Origin: Marine Group II euryarchaeote MED-G34 | Lineage (GTDB): Archaea; Thermoplasmatota; Poseidoniia; Poseidoniales; Thalassarchaeaceae | DNA length: 64,000 nucleotides | Direction of reading: 5' to 3' | Assembly (NCBI GenBank): GCA_002457605.1 | Contig: NTJT01000003.1 | Span: 8,748 to 72,747 of the forward strand | Part shown: one piece after another, positions 1 to 10,061 of the stretch | Layout of the letters: each line of letters starts with the position of its first letter | Position numbering within the stretch: position 1 is the stretch's first letter | Program-made: the position numbers and the translations under genes | Notes under the pieces: generated by a model | Told to the model about the DNA's origin: nothing | Databases searched by the model: none | What the model saw: the letters and a program-made list of their open reading frames with translations, nothing else

Positions 1-1305
1 TATTGGCTCGGTGGAATGTTTAACGGTCCGTTTGAGATGTTCGCTGGTGATGCCTCGATTTGGGAAGGGCTCAGAGGGCTGTTGTACTCATGGTTTGAGT
101 CTATGTCTGGATTCACCACAACCGGGGCTACGGTGATTGACCTATCGACTAGTCCAGTGTGTTCTGCACTCACTGTGGCTGATGACTGTATTGGGAGTCA
201 GAATAACAGTCTGATCCTATGGCGATCGGTGTCCCAATGGGTAGGGGGGATGGGTGTAATCATGCTTGGTCTACTGATTTTGTCCCGAGTACTTGGAGGT
301 GGGATGTCGCTGGCTAGAGCCGAGCTAACCGGGCCTACTCTGTCCCGTCTAGGGCCAACATTGCAGTGGACTGCTAGCCGGCTTTGGATGATTTATGTCG
401 TTCTGACGATTCTCGAGTTCCTATTGCTTCACTTCTTTGGGGGGCTGGGAATTTTTGATGCTGTGAACTACTCTCTAACCACTTTGCCCTCTGGTGGTTT
501 CGGCACCAGTGATGAGGGAATAATGGCCTTCAACTCGGCACGGGTCGAGGTCATTCTGATAGTCTTCATGTTGCTTACCTGTATCAACTTCAGCCTCCTG
601 CACCTAATGCTCGCAGGCCAATCAAAAGATGCTTGGAAGGATGAGGAGTTACGAGCTTACTTACTGATACTACTCTTAGCGTGGTTGGCAATGGCATTCA
701 ACCTATACAGGTTCGGCGCCAATGAACAAGAAATGGCTCCCCTTGTTGCCCTTAGGCATGCCCTGTTCCAATCTATTTCGATATCGAGCACAGGATACTC
801 TAGTGCCGACTTCACCACTTGGCCGGTGTTCAGCCAGTTTGTCTTGCTGTTACTAATGATTGTAGGTGCCAGTGCCGGTTCGACTGGCGGCGGACTCAAG
901 GTCATGAGAATCCGAATCGCTTTCGAGCTGGCCAAGAGAGAAGTCGTCAAGATCATACAACCTCGTCGGATTGTGGCAATACGTTTCAATCAGCAGATTA
1001 TCGAGGAAAGGAAAATCTGGATTGTCCTCGGTATGCTAAGTTCGTGGATGGTTCTCGTGACGGTATCGATGCTAACACTATCATTCCTTGAGCCATCATT
1101 GGAGCTCATAGACGTACTCTCGATATCGGTATCACTACTTGGAAACACTGGACCAGCTCTCGGAGCATTCGGACCAACTGCGACATGGGCAGCACTCAGT
1201 GAACCGTCGATGCTAATCGCTACCATGCTGATGTGGCTGGGCCGCCTTGAGTTGCTAACAGTACTAGTACTACTGCACCCCAGGACATGGTCTGGTACCG
1301 ACTGA
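1..1305 (+). CDS. trkH: TrkH/KtrB-family K+ uptake membrane subunit (5' end probably outside the window)
   Basis: ORF 16..1305. The frame stays open back to nt 1 (YWLGG precedes the first Met). Polytopic membrane protein with repeated pore-loop-like motifs (SGFTTTGATV, LPSGGFGTSD, SISSTGYSSAD, GSTGGGLKV, LLGNTGPALG) typical of TrkH selectivity-filter repeats. Confidence 0.8.
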   Translation, partial: YWLGGMFNGPFEMFAGDASIWEGLRGLLYSWFESMSGFTTTGATVIDLSTSPVCSALTVADDCIGSQNNSLILWRSVSQWVGGMGVIMLGLLILSRVLGGGMSLARAELTGPTLSRLGPTLQWTASRLWMIYVVLTILEFLLLHFFGGLGIFDAVNYSLTTLPSGGFGTSDEGIMAFNSARVEVILIVFMLLTCINFSLLHLMLAGQSKDAWKDEELRAYLLILLLAWLAMAFNLYRFGANEQEMAPLVALRHALFQSISISSTGYSSADFTTWPVFSQFVLLLLMIVGASAGSTGGGLKVMRIRIAFELAKREVVKIIQPRRIVAIRFNQQIIEERKIWIVLGMLSSWMVLVTVSMLTLSFLEPSLELIDVLSISVSLLGNTGPALGAFGPTATWAALSEPSMLIATMLMWLGRLELLTVLVLLHPRTWSGTD

Positions 1306-2826
1306 CTAGAAAGAATCGAGCGAGAACTGGGTCCCACCTGTTTCGTCTTCATCCGAATTGTCGTCTTCGATAATCTCCTCGATGAGTGCCTCTTCAGGCT
1401 CGTTCGTGTTCTCGGAATTGAAGTCCTCGAGAATTTTACGTGCTTCTCTCTTGCTCCTAGGGATTCCGTGCAGCGCCAGATGAGCCTCACCAGGCAGTCC
1501 AAGGTGCTTGGCAATGGTGAACTCTTCAGGGTCACCGCCAAGTGTCGAATCATGCACCGCTAGAAGATTAGGCCACAAGTCTTCTCTGATTGAGGCCTTG
1601 CTGGTGCCAAGGGCCTCAGATAGGTATTCTACCACAGTGCTGGACCTCCATGCCTCCCCTCCTCTTCGTAAGAAGTTTGGATATGCTAGGAACGGGTCAG
1701 ATGCACCGTCAATGGGAAGGTGCGAAACAGCAGCCTGGGATGACAGAGCCGACCCCCAATACCAAGATCTGAAGGCACGGTTGGTGTATTTCATAGCAAG
1801 AGATCTGTCAGCCATACACATGGCCGGACTAATCTCTGCCAGCACCCCACTGTCGAATACTGTCTGGTTGTTCCAGACGAACCAAGCAAGCATCTCATCG
1901 GGGTCCTTGTCAGAAATCATCAGAATCCTGTTTGCTTCCTTGCCTGAGCGACTTTGGTATACTTCGCGAAGGGCCCTGAAGACATCAATCTGAGAATCCC
2001 TCTCAGCGACTTCGGCTAAATCGAGGATGGCAGAGATGTCAATGTGTCCTTTCCGGAGGGCACAGACTGCTTGCAGGTCTCTAACTAAGGCCCTTAGGTC
2101 GCCAGGGTTACCTCCGATGAGGGCCTCTAGAGCCTCAGGATCCATACTCCTGCCCTCGGCATCGAGAACTCGGTGAGCAACCCTTCTGAGGTGTAGTTTC
2201 CCCGCCCTCTTGAAATTCACCAATTCGGCCTTCCGGAGAAACCGGTCTCGATTCCTCCTCCAGTTTCTATTCCTGCCCCATAGCCTCATCGGATCATTAC
2301 AGGTCATGATAACTGGCTGGCGTGCGACATCAAGCAGATTGAGTAACTCAGCCTTGCCTCCCGAGTCACCTCTGAGAATAGTAGATTCCTCTTCAGGATT
2401 TATTGACTCCTCAATCCTACCATCTGAAACCCTACCAAATCCCCCGCTGAGGTGGTCTACTTCATCGAGGAGTATCAGGGTCTTACCGCTAGACACTCCG
2501 CCCCCTGAAAACTGGTCGAGAGAGACGTGCTGAGATCCATGGGTCGCCGCCCTACGTATGGCGGCAGCATTCCTTTCCTCACTAGCGTTCAACTCGATCA
2601 TTGTCCACCCTCTTTCCAAAGCAGCTGCGCGAGCAAGCGTGGTCTTACCTACTCCAGGAGGTCCTGCCAACAGCAGTCCACGCTTCTCGTTAGGCATACC
2701 TCCATCCCATTGGTTCAACCACTGTCTGATTCTGCGAAGCTGGGCCTCATTCCCTTCCATTAGGCCGATGGATTCTGGACGATGCCTTTCGGTCCAGTCA
2801 TCATCGGAGGGCTCGGCCATAGTCAA
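1306..2826 (-). CDS. rfcL: Replication factor C, large subunit
   Basis: N-terminal WTERHRP (the W-x-x-K/R-Y/H-RP clamp-loader box), Walker A LLLAGPPGVGKTTLA, ELNASEERN, Walker B LILLDEVD. The 506-aa length fits the archaeal large subunit, not the small one. Confidence 0.75.
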   Translation of the reverse strand: MTMAEPSDDDWTERHRPESIGLMEGNEAQLRRIRQWLNQWDGGMPNEKRGLLLAGPPGVGKTTLARAAALERGWTMIELNASEERNAAAIRRAATHGSQHVSLDQFSGGGVSSGKTLILLDEVDHLSGGFGRVSDGRIEESINPEEESTILRGDSGGKAELLNLLDVARQPVIMTCNDPMRLWGRNRNWRRNRDRFLRKAELVNFKRAGKLHLRRVAHRVLDAEGRSMDPEALEALIGGNPGDLRALVRDLQAVCALRKGHIDISAILDLAEVAERDSQIDVFRALREVYQSRSGKEANRILMISDKDPDEMLAWFVWNNQTVFDSGVLAEISPAMCMADRSLAMKYTNRAFRSWYWGSALSSQAAVSHLPIDGASDPFLAYPNFLRRGGEAWRSSTVVEYLSEALGTSKASIREDLWPNLLAVHDSTLGGDPEEFTIAKHLGLPGEAHLALHGIPRSKREARKILEDFNSENTNEPEEALIEEIIEDDNSDEDETGGTQFSLDSF

Positions 2827-2856
2827 GTGTCCGAGAGGAACCCCATAAGATTCGCG

Positions 2857-4578
2857 TCAGAACAGTGTCGACACGGTGCCGGTACCCAGATTCAATAGAA
2901 CATCGTCAATCATGACCCTAATCTGTTTCTGGTCATCTCTGCGTCGAACTGTAACACTTCCATCTTTGAGGGTGTCGTGATCGACTGTGATGGCCCAAGG
3001 TACACCGATTTCATCTACCCGGGCATACCGCCTGCCAATCGACTTCGATGAGTCCATCTCGCCTCTCAGCCCTGGCATTGAGTTCACTCTGGAGAGTATA
3101 TCTGAGGCAATTTCTCCCATTCCATCTTTGTCGAATAAAGGGAGTACGGCCACATCATAAGGAGAAACCATCGAACTGAGTCTCATTATGCTGTACTTCT
3201 CCCCCTCCTTCTCAGTCTCAGTGTAACTGTGATCTAAGATATGCCATATGATTCGGTCTATCCCGAATGCTGGTTCGATGACATGAGGGGTGAACCACTC
3301 GCCGTGTAAGGTAACCTCTTCTGTTCTCCTAGTGGCCATTTCATCGGTGATTTGAACGCTCGAACCATCTGTTAGGATGAGTTCAAACGGCATCTTTTCG
3401 GGAATCTCAGTCAGGTTTTGCAGAGCCTCTATTACTTTACCAGCACGTCCCTTGAATGCCGGACCGAGTGATGCCCCGTTTGGAATTAATACATCCCTAA
3501 TCTCGCTTCGAGGCTCTTCAAACTGCCTCCAAGCCTTGAGCAAATTGGAGCCCGAGTGTCTTTCATGAGACAGCAGGTCGTGACAGGTCCTATTGGCTAT
3601 GCCCACGCATTCTACCCAGCCGTGCTCACCGTGTAACTCACAGTCCCAACAGTCATCTGCATAATGGGCCATCTCAGTGCTAGCATGCTGCCTAAACCTG
3701 ATTCTAGTTGAATCGATTCCTACACTAATTAGGAAATCCATAGTTCTGGCAAGGAACCATGCTACTGTGGGGTGCCGCACTATTCCTGCGGACAATGCCT
3801 CCGAGATTGTCATCAAGCATTCTCCAGAGTGTTTGCCATCGGGATCTGGAACCAGTGCAATTGAATCGCTCCAAGTATTCAGATTAGGGCAGGGCGGGTC
3901 CTCTGGATCGATGAAGTACTCAAGTTCGGCCATGTTGAATTCACGCAGCCTAATCATGCCCTGACGTGGACTAATCTCGTTCCGGTATCCCTTACCTGTC
4001 TGAATGGCTCCGAAGGGTAGTTTCTGCTTGAAGTGCCTGAATAGGGCAGGGTATAACATGAACATTCCTTGTGCTGTTTCGGGCCTCATGTACGCTTTAC
4101 GCCCGCCCTTCATCGCTCCGATTTGCGTGCTGAACATCAGGTCCATCGTCCTTACATCAGACCATTTAGATTCTTTACATGTGGGGCATTCAATACCAGC
4201 AGACAAGATTGCGACTAGCTCCTCTGGAGCCAGAGAATCTGTGTTCTCGTGACTATCCTCAATCAAATGATCTGCTCTGAAGGCGCCCGTACAACCACCA
4301 CACTCGACCATCAAATCGTTGAACTCACCGACATGTCCACTAGCAACCAGCACTGACTCAGGCGTGATGGTGGGCGAATCAACTTCAACGATGTCTCCGT
4401 GACTGGTCCAATGGTCTATCCAGGAATCCATGACTTTGCGCCTAATCCTCGCACCTACGGGCCCGTAATCTACCAACCCGGAAACTCCTCCGTACAACTC
4501 GAATGAAGGCAGGACTATTCCACGCCGCCTCAGTAAGGAAGTCAGTCTATCGACTCGTCTATCACTCATGAACGGCAC
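2857..4578 (-). CDS. glyS: Glycine--tRNA ligase (archaeal/eukaryotic alpha2 type)
   Basis: N-terminus RRGIVLPSFELYGGVSGLVDYGPVG is characteristic of alpha2 GlyRS. Class II core motifs (FRNEISPRQGMIRLREF) and a C-terminal anticodon-binding region are present. 573 aa. Confidence 0.9.
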   Translation of the reverse strand: MPFMSDRRVDRLTSLLRRRGIVLPSFELYGGVSGLVDYGPVGARIRRKVMDSWIDHWTSHGDIVEVDSPTITPESVLVASGHVGEFNDLMVECGGCTGAFRADHLIEDSHENTDSLAPEELVAILSAGIECPTCKESKWSDVRTMDLMFSTQIGAMKGGRKAYMRPETAQGMFMLYPALFRHFKQKLPFGAIQTGKGYRNEISPRQGMIRLREFNMAELEYFIDPEDPPCPNLNTWSDSIALVPDPDGKHSGECLMTISEALSAGIVRHPTVAWFLARTMDFLISVGIDSTRIRFRQHASTEMAHYADDCWDCELHGEHGWVECVGIANRTCHDLLSHERHSGSNLLKAWRQFEEPRSEIRDVLIPNGASLGPAFKGRAGKVIEALQNLTEIPEKMPFELILTDGSSVQITDEMATRRTEEVTLHGEWFTPHVIEPAFGIDRIIWHILDHSYTETEKEGEKYSIMRLSSMVSPYDVAVLPLFDKDGMGEIASDILSRVNSMPGLRGEMDSSKSIGRRYARVDEIGVPWAITVDHDTLKDGSVTVRRRDDQKQIRVMIDDVLLNLGTGTVSTLF

Positions 4579-4733
4579 TTCGACCCCGCATAACGCCTTT
4601 CAAGCCATCCTAGCAAAGTAGTCCTAGGAAGTGTTTGTCAACCCTCGCTTTCGCTACGAAGTCCCGATTCCAGAAGAATACCAGGCCCTAAGGGCCTGAA
4701 ACTGTATCCAAAGGAGAAGCATTCATTTACGGC

Positions 4734-7700
4734 ATGGAGTCCCTTTCGCCCGTAGGGTGTAGAGAAAAAATGCCTGAAATCGAATACATAGAAGATAAGA
4801 TGGAGACTGAGGAACTCCTAGAGAGCCTCTCAGCCCCGGTCAGGAACTGGTTTGAAGATAAGTTCCCTGATTTCACCGAGCCTCAGAAGATTGCAATTCC
4901 AAGAATCATGAAAGGCGAACATCTTCTGCTGTGCTCACCTACAGGTTCGGGTAAGACCCTGACCGCATTCCTGTCCATCATCGATGATCTAGTTAGGAAA
5001 TCCTTGGATGGAACTCTTCCCGACACCGTTCAATGCATCTACATTTCACCAATCAAAGCACTCGCCAATGACATACAGAAAAACCTCATCGGACCTCTGA
5101 CGGAGATTAAGGAGAGATTCCTACCAAGTAGGGCCAAGGATATCAAGGTAGGTCTGAGGACTGGTGATACTCCTCAGAAGGATAGACAGAGGATGCTTAG
5201 GAAACCTCCACACATCCTAATCACAACACCTGAGTCTTTGGGACTAGGATTGGCATCCAAGAGATTCAGACCGATTCTTGAGGACCTACGCTGGATGATA
5301 ATCGATGAGATGCACTCACTGGTGCCGTCTAAGCGTGGCACTCACTTGTCTCTATCTCTCGCCTTGATGGATGCAGTCTTACCCTCAAAAGTCCAGAGGA
5401 TAGGAATCAGTGCTACTATGGAACCACTCGATGCTGTAGCTGAGTTCCTAGTCGCGAGTGATCCCCGAGAGAGTGACGTGAATCCGCAGAAAATCTCGAT
5501 AGCAAAGGTCTCGGGTGCACGTGAAATCGATATGGACATCCTACTTCCGACGGCAAGGTTCTCTTCGACACCCGTCAAAGAGATTCTTGATCACAACATC
5601 GATCGGATCAAGGAATTGGTCGAGGCGCATACAACTACGCTGGTTTTCGTCAATACGAGGAACATGACTGAGACCGTTGTTCAACGCCTCAAGGTTGCCG
5701 GCCTAGAAGGAGTTGAGGGGCACCACGGATCTATGGACAAGATAATTCGGCTCGATGTTGAGCGACGTCTGAAGAACGGATTACTGCGCGCTGTGGTCTC
5801 GTCATCGAGCCTTGAGATGGGTATAGACATCGGTTCTGTCGACCTAGTCATTCAGGTTGGATCTCCCGGCTCGATTTCTACTGCTCTGCAGAGGGTTGGG
5901 CGTGCAGGCCATCAAGTCGGGGGCGTGCCACGAGCTCGCTTCCTACCCACATCTCCGCACGATTTGCTTGAATTAGTAGCCGTCCAGAATGGCATTCTAC
6001 AGGGCACTATGGACAAACTCAGTTTCCCTGAGAACTGCCTAGATGTCCTTGCTCAGTTTGCTATCGGACTCTCTATCATCAGGGAGTGGGACATCGATGA
6101 GGCCTACGATCTTGTTACTTCATCTTGGCCATATCGCTCGCTTCCCTACGATGACTACATCGAGGTTCTTGACCTTCTAGACGAGGAGCGTCGAATTTGG
6201 GTAGATTGGGAGGAGAACAGATTCGGGAAGCGCGGTTTCGCACAGATGATCTACTACACAAACATAGGTACCATTGCACCGGATAATAACTACCTGGTCT
6301 TTACCTCGGACGGGACCCTAGTAGGACAACTGTCTTCATCATTCGTCTCAAGTCTACGTAATGGTGACGTCTTCTTACTAGGCGGCTCTACATACCGAGT
6401 CTCCAGTGTTATCGGGACCAGAGTCAACGTCACCTCCGCAACGGGATATCGGCCCACTATACCATCGTGGACTGGTGAAGCGAATAGCAGGACACTAGAA
6501 CTCAGTCAAGAGGTCCTATCTTTGCTCGACCATGTCTCTGTTCGGCACCGCTTAGAGGAAAACTCACGAGATATGATGATGAAAGTAATGAAACTCAACA
6601 GACCAGTTGCAAACGCACTCTCCGATTTCTTCGAAGAACACTGTGCAACTACGTTCCAGGTCCCGTCGAGAGATAGGATACTTGTTGAGCAGGTTGAAGG
6701 TCCACTGCCGACCTACATTGTGACTACATGCAGAGGCCGAGCATTCAATATGGCGCTCGGTTACCTGTTCGCTGGAATCGCTTCAGCAGACAACGTCATG
6801 GTGCATGAAATATCGTTCGATGAGAACGGTTTCATGGTGAGACTAAGCCATGAGGTCGAAATATCGAGGATTCCCGATGTGTTCAGGAGTGGAAGGAGTG
6901 CTGAGACGTTGCAGAGGTATCTCATGGACTCACAGTTGTTTGCCAAGAGGTTCCGCGAAGTCTCTTCGAGGAGTATGCTCAATCCGCGACGCATCGGTGG
7001 CGATGAGGTCAGCCCCAAGCAATTCCAGCAGAAAGCTGAGAGGATTATGCACCAGCATCGCCAGATGGACGATTCTGTCCTCGTTCGTGAAGTAATGAAT
7101 GAAATAATGCATACGGATCTAGATCTGGGGCAGCTTGACGATTTCATCTCGAGGATGGACAGCGAGGATGTACGTATTGTACATCGCAGGGTACGTATGC
7201 CCTCTCCTCTAGGAATGACTCTATTCATGTCCTCATTTGAGGACCTACTCTCTCTCCGGACGCGAGCATATCTGATTAAGGACGTAGATCCGGAGATACT
7301 GCGCCGACTTCTGGGTGCACGTTCGCTGGCAACAGATCTGGATGAAGAGAAACTGTCCGAGTACTACCAGTCAAAGGTCTCGAAACCAACTAATGCCAAT
7401 GGACTACTCAGATTGATGGACATGGGTGGTGGACTCGAACCCTCATTGACGAATCCCCTGTATAGTGAGAAGCTAAGTCACATCAATCATGATGTGATGA
7501 AGACCTGGGTCTACGAACTCGCTGAACGAGGACTCATCACCAAAATCAAGGATACTGGGCATGATCTGATAGATGACAAGTGGTTCTCCATGAGGATGGC
7601 TGAAGTGCATGGTACTTTGGGGTGTCTAGCAGTGGCTGGCGCAGCTGAGATGGACGATCTTACTGAACTCTACACAGGCGGTCTAAGTTATCGGATGGGT

Positions 7701-10061
7701 ATTGATTTCGAAGCAGGAAAACCCGGTCGTTGGAAGGATAACAAGTTGTCCGACCCACTCGACTGTTTGCGTCTGAAACTACTCGACATGCTCGGCTCTG
7801 AGGGTCCTCAGACGTCGGAGACTCTGTGCGAGAGACTACCCTTCCCTCCGGCCCAAGTCGACTCAGTACTGCAGGAGTTAGAGATGAGGAATCTAGTCTC
7901 TATCGGCTTTTTCAGACAAACTGACGAAGGAGAATATATTCTGCGGATGGACGAATATAGGATTACAGGAGGAGAGGTCGATGTTGTCGATTACAGAACA
8001 CTACAGACCCTGCTTCTCCAGAAGTCCTTTACTAAGTACGACGAACCAGCTGATGCGATTCGCTCCTTGGTCCTGATTCAGCGCCGAGACGAATTACTTC
8101 ATAGAGTCAGTAACTACCGATTCAGGGATTGGAAGGACATCAAGCACGATCCTGATGTGTTTAACGGTAGACTTTTGCATAATCGGGTTGGGTACACACT
8201 CAAAAGTCAGATTCCAATTCTTACCGGCTTACGCAGTGAGCCTTGGCTCGGAACTCTCGAACTTGAACTCCTTGAGAAGATCCCCAAAGAAGGACTGACG
8301 CGCGCCGAACTCTTCGACGGATATCCCAGGGGTAAGGAACATGTTCACGTTCAAAGGAGCCTCAAAGGCGCTCTGAACAATCTGGAGAGGCAATTGGTTA
8401 TCGCTAAGCAGTACATCGAAGTGCCGAACAGAAAACGCTCGCTGGCCATCTATCACAGAATTCACGAGGTGATTGAACCTCTGCCTTTTGAGGATGCACT
8501 AGTCGAACTCATCAACAGGATAGGGCCAATCCGCCTGCACACATTGAGGTTCTTCGTCAGTAGACCGGTTGAGGAGTTGGCCGACGCCCTACGAAGCCTC
8601 GAGGACTCCAGCAGGATTAGTAGAGTAGTGGCTCTGCAACCCGATCCTACTGATTATTACTCTTCTAAAGAGGACTCCGAGTTCTTACTGTCGCCTATGC
8701 CGGAAGACCGTAAGATGAGGATCCTCTCACAGTCCGATCCATTCTGTAGTCGCTTTATCAACGAGATTCGCCTAATACTCAAGCAGGGATGGTATCATCC
8801 CGTGTTCAAGGGCGTCGATCCAATTGGCAGAATCTTGATGTTTGTTGTAAATGATTACTTAGAGATCAAGGATATCAACATCCCCCATTCCTACCTTGAT
8901 GAATTCAAAGAGACATTCTCCGAATTGCTTGATAATTACAGGGATAGACTAGTGGACGTCTCTGTACTGCACGCCTTCAACGGAGTTCCAGTGCATGACT
9001 GTGACGAGGACATCCAGCAGATTCTCGTCGAACTCGGTTTCTCCAGTATGGGTGATGGTGAGAGGTATATTCGTGGAGGAGTGGTAGAGCCACGCTCTCG
9101 TAATGAAGTAAACCGACTACTATTCCATCATCACAAAATGCACCAAGATAGCCGCCTAGAGAACGAGACCATGGCTCTCGAGCATTTGCGGGAGCTGCGA
9201 GACGACTTCGCGCTCCGAGGCAGGTGTGAGATGTTCCGAGTTAACCTACATTCAATGGCCGCAGCGCATCAACTCCACCAAGGCACGAGTCTACGTAATC
9301 ATCAGGTCTGGGCAAAACTCCCTCATTTCCGACGACTACTCACCATACGCAACATCCAGTCGGCCGAGGAGGATGAGGACATATTGCAGTTCTTCAGGGA
9401 TTATCATGACCCTTCCATCTATATGGAGAGGCACGCGATGAAGAGAGCTGAGTTCAGGAAACTAATATCGCCATTAGTGCGCAGTGGTCATCTGGTCCAG
9501 GACTATCGAGGAGGCTTCAAGACAGTAGAGCCACTGAGTGGTGTCGATTTATGGGAGGTCAAGAGAGATTACCTTAGGGAGTTAGTGAGTGATTACCCTG
9601 TAATATCCTTGCGTCAGTTAGAGAGGTTGGCCGGGTCCCCGTTTTCAGCTGAGGAGATTAGCGACGTCATGCACGAGTTCGAAGAAGACGGGACTCTCAT
9701 CAAAGGATTCCTAGTCGATGATTTACAGGACATCTGTTGGGGTAGGCAGGACCTCTTAGAGGGTCTAGAGGGACTGCGCAAGTCGCGCGATTTGGTAGTA
9801 CCTCCCTCGGATAACCTGATTCACTACTTTGGAGGAATCCTAAGGGAGAGGTTCTCATTTGGTTCGGCCTATATGGTGTTCCACAATGAGGAGGCCATTG
9901 CCGCATTCAAGGCCAACACTAGGGATGGCACCATTGAGGTAACAGATTTCGTAGGTGATTCTGATCTGGAGAAGGAGGCACTCAGGGTGATGAAAGAGTT
10001 CGCATGGGAGCACGACACCAAACTCACAGGGAAACTGTATGATAAGCTCCGCTCACGTTGA
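4734..10061 (+). CDS. lhr: Lhr-family superfamily-2 DNA helicase with a very long C-terminal extension (1775 aa)
   Basis: Walker A CSPTGSGKTLTAF, motif II IIDEMH, motif III SATM, motif VI QRVGRAGH. These are followed by an Lhr-type domain (GDVFLLGGSTYRV ... VNVTSATGYRPTIPSWTGE). About 870 further residues contain several winged-helix-like segments. Confidence 0.8.
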   Translation: MESLSPVGCREKMPEIEYIEDKMETEELLESLSAPVRNWFEDKFPDFTEPQKIAIPRIMKGEHLLLCSPTGSGKTLTAFLSIIDDLVRKSLDGTLPDTVQCIYISPIKALANDIQKNLIGPLTEIKERFLPSRAKDIKVGLRTGDTPQKDRQRMLRKPPHILITTPESLGLGLASKRFRPILEDLRWMIIDEMHSLVPSKRGTHLSLSLALMDAVLPSKVQRIGISATMEPLDAVAEFLVASDPRESDVNPQKISIAKVSGAREIDMDILLPTARFSSTPVKEILDHNIDRIKELVEAHTTTLVFVNTRNMTETVVQRLKVAGLEGVEGHHGSMDKIIRLDVERRLKNGLLRAVVSSSSLEMGIDIGSVDLVIQVGSPGSISTALQRVGRAGHQVGGVPRARFLPTSPHDLLELVAVQNGILQGTMDKLSFPENCLDVLAQFAIGLSIIREWDIDEAYDLVTSSWPYRSLPYDDYIEVLDLLDEERRIWVDWEENRFGKRGFAQMIYYTNIGTIAPDNNYLVFTSDGTLVGQLSSSFVSSLRNGDVFLLGGSTYRVSSVIGTRVNVTSATGYRPTIPSWTGEANSRTLELSQEVLSLLDHVSVRHRLEENSRDMMMKVMKLNRPVANALSDFFEEHCATTFQVPSRDRILVEQVEGPLPTYIVTTCRGRAFNMALGYLFAGIASADNVMVHEISFDENGFMVRLSHEVEISRIPDVFRSGRSAETLQRYLMDSQLFAKRFREVSSRSMLNPRRIGGDEVSPKQFQQKAERIMHQHRQMDDSVLVREVMNEIMHTDLDLGQLDDFISRMDSEDVRIVHRRVRMPSPLGMTLFMSSFEDLLSLRTRAYLIKDVDPEILRRLLGARSLATDLDEEKLSEYYQSKVSKPTNANGLLRLMDMGGGLEPSLTNPLYSEKLSHINHDVMKTWVYELAERGLITKIKDTGHDLIDDKWFSMRMAEVHGTLGCLAVAGAAEMDDLTELYTGGLSYRMGIDFEAGKPGRWKDNKLSDPLDCLRLKLLDMLGSEGPQTSETLCERLPFPPAQVDSVLQELEMRNLVSIGFFRQTDEGEYILRMDEYRITGGEVDVVDYRTLQTLLLQKSFTKYDEPADAIRSLVLIQRRDELLHRVSNYRFRDWKDIKHDPDVFNGRLLHNRVGYTLKSQIPILTGLRSEPWLGTLELELLEKIPKEGLTRAELFDGYPRGKEHVHVQRSLKGALNNLERQLVIAKQYIEVPNRKRSLAIYHRIHEVIEPLPFEDALVELINRIGPIRLHTLRFFVSRPVEELADALRSLEDSSRISRVVALQPDPTDYYSSKEDSEFLLSPMPEDRKMRILSQSDPFCSRFINEIRLILKQGWYHPVFKGVDPIGRILMFVVNDYLEIKDINIPHSYLDEFKETFSELLDNYRDRLVDVSVLHAFNGVPVHDCDEDIQQILVELGFSSMGDGERYIRGGVVEPRSRNEVNRLLFHHHKMHQDSRLENETMALEHLRELRDDFALRGRCEMFRVNLHSMAAAHQLHQGTSLRNHQVWAKLPHFRRLLTIRNIQSAEEDEDILQFFRDYHDPSIYMERHAMKRAEFRKLISPLVRSGHLVQDYRGGFKTVEPLSGVDLWEVKRDYLRELVSDYPVISLRQLERLAGSPFSAEEISDVMHEFEEDGTLIKGFLVDDLQDICWGRQDLLEGLEGLRKSRDLVVPPSDNLIHYFGGILRERFSFGSAYMVFHNEEAIAAFKANTRDGTIEVTDFVGDSDLEKEALRVMKEFAWEHDTKLTGKLYDKLRSR

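Noticed and set aside
990-1553. 187-aa minus-strand ORF bridging the trkH/rfcL junction, plus similar antisense ORFs of more than 120 aa (6761-7228, 18038-18439, 28800-29219, 37772-38149, 43206-43619, 44169-44600, 50378-50815, 56081-56491, 60771-61184)
   Set aside because: Each lies fully inside or across genes whose sense-strand products carry strong family motifs. The products are low-complexity (Ser/Pro/Arg/Leu-rich) without motifs. They are shadow ORFs.
4682-4698. Short perfect palindromes in intergenic regions: CAGGCCC-taa-GGGCCTG (4682-4698, glyS/lhr), ATACTCA-g-TGAGTAT (38914-38928, tkt/mqn), AAGCAG-tgc-CTGCTT (59149-59163, hutI/kae1), ACTCTCA-12nt-TGAGAGT (25586-25611, between rps7 and EF-2)
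   Set aside because: They are real in the sequence and could be operators or hairpins. With 6-7-bp stems, my rough estimate is about two by chance in the roughly 2.5 kb of intergenic DNA, and dozens window-wide. The four share no common motif. This is not enough evidence to call regulatory sites.
4734-10061. Possibility that the 1775-aa Lhr length is caused by an intein
   Set aside because: The helicase motifs I, II, III and VI occur with normal spacing, and I saw no intein splice-junction blocks (N-terminal Cys/Ser block, C-terminal HN-Cys/Ser/Thr) interrupting them. The extra length is a contiguous C-terminal extension.
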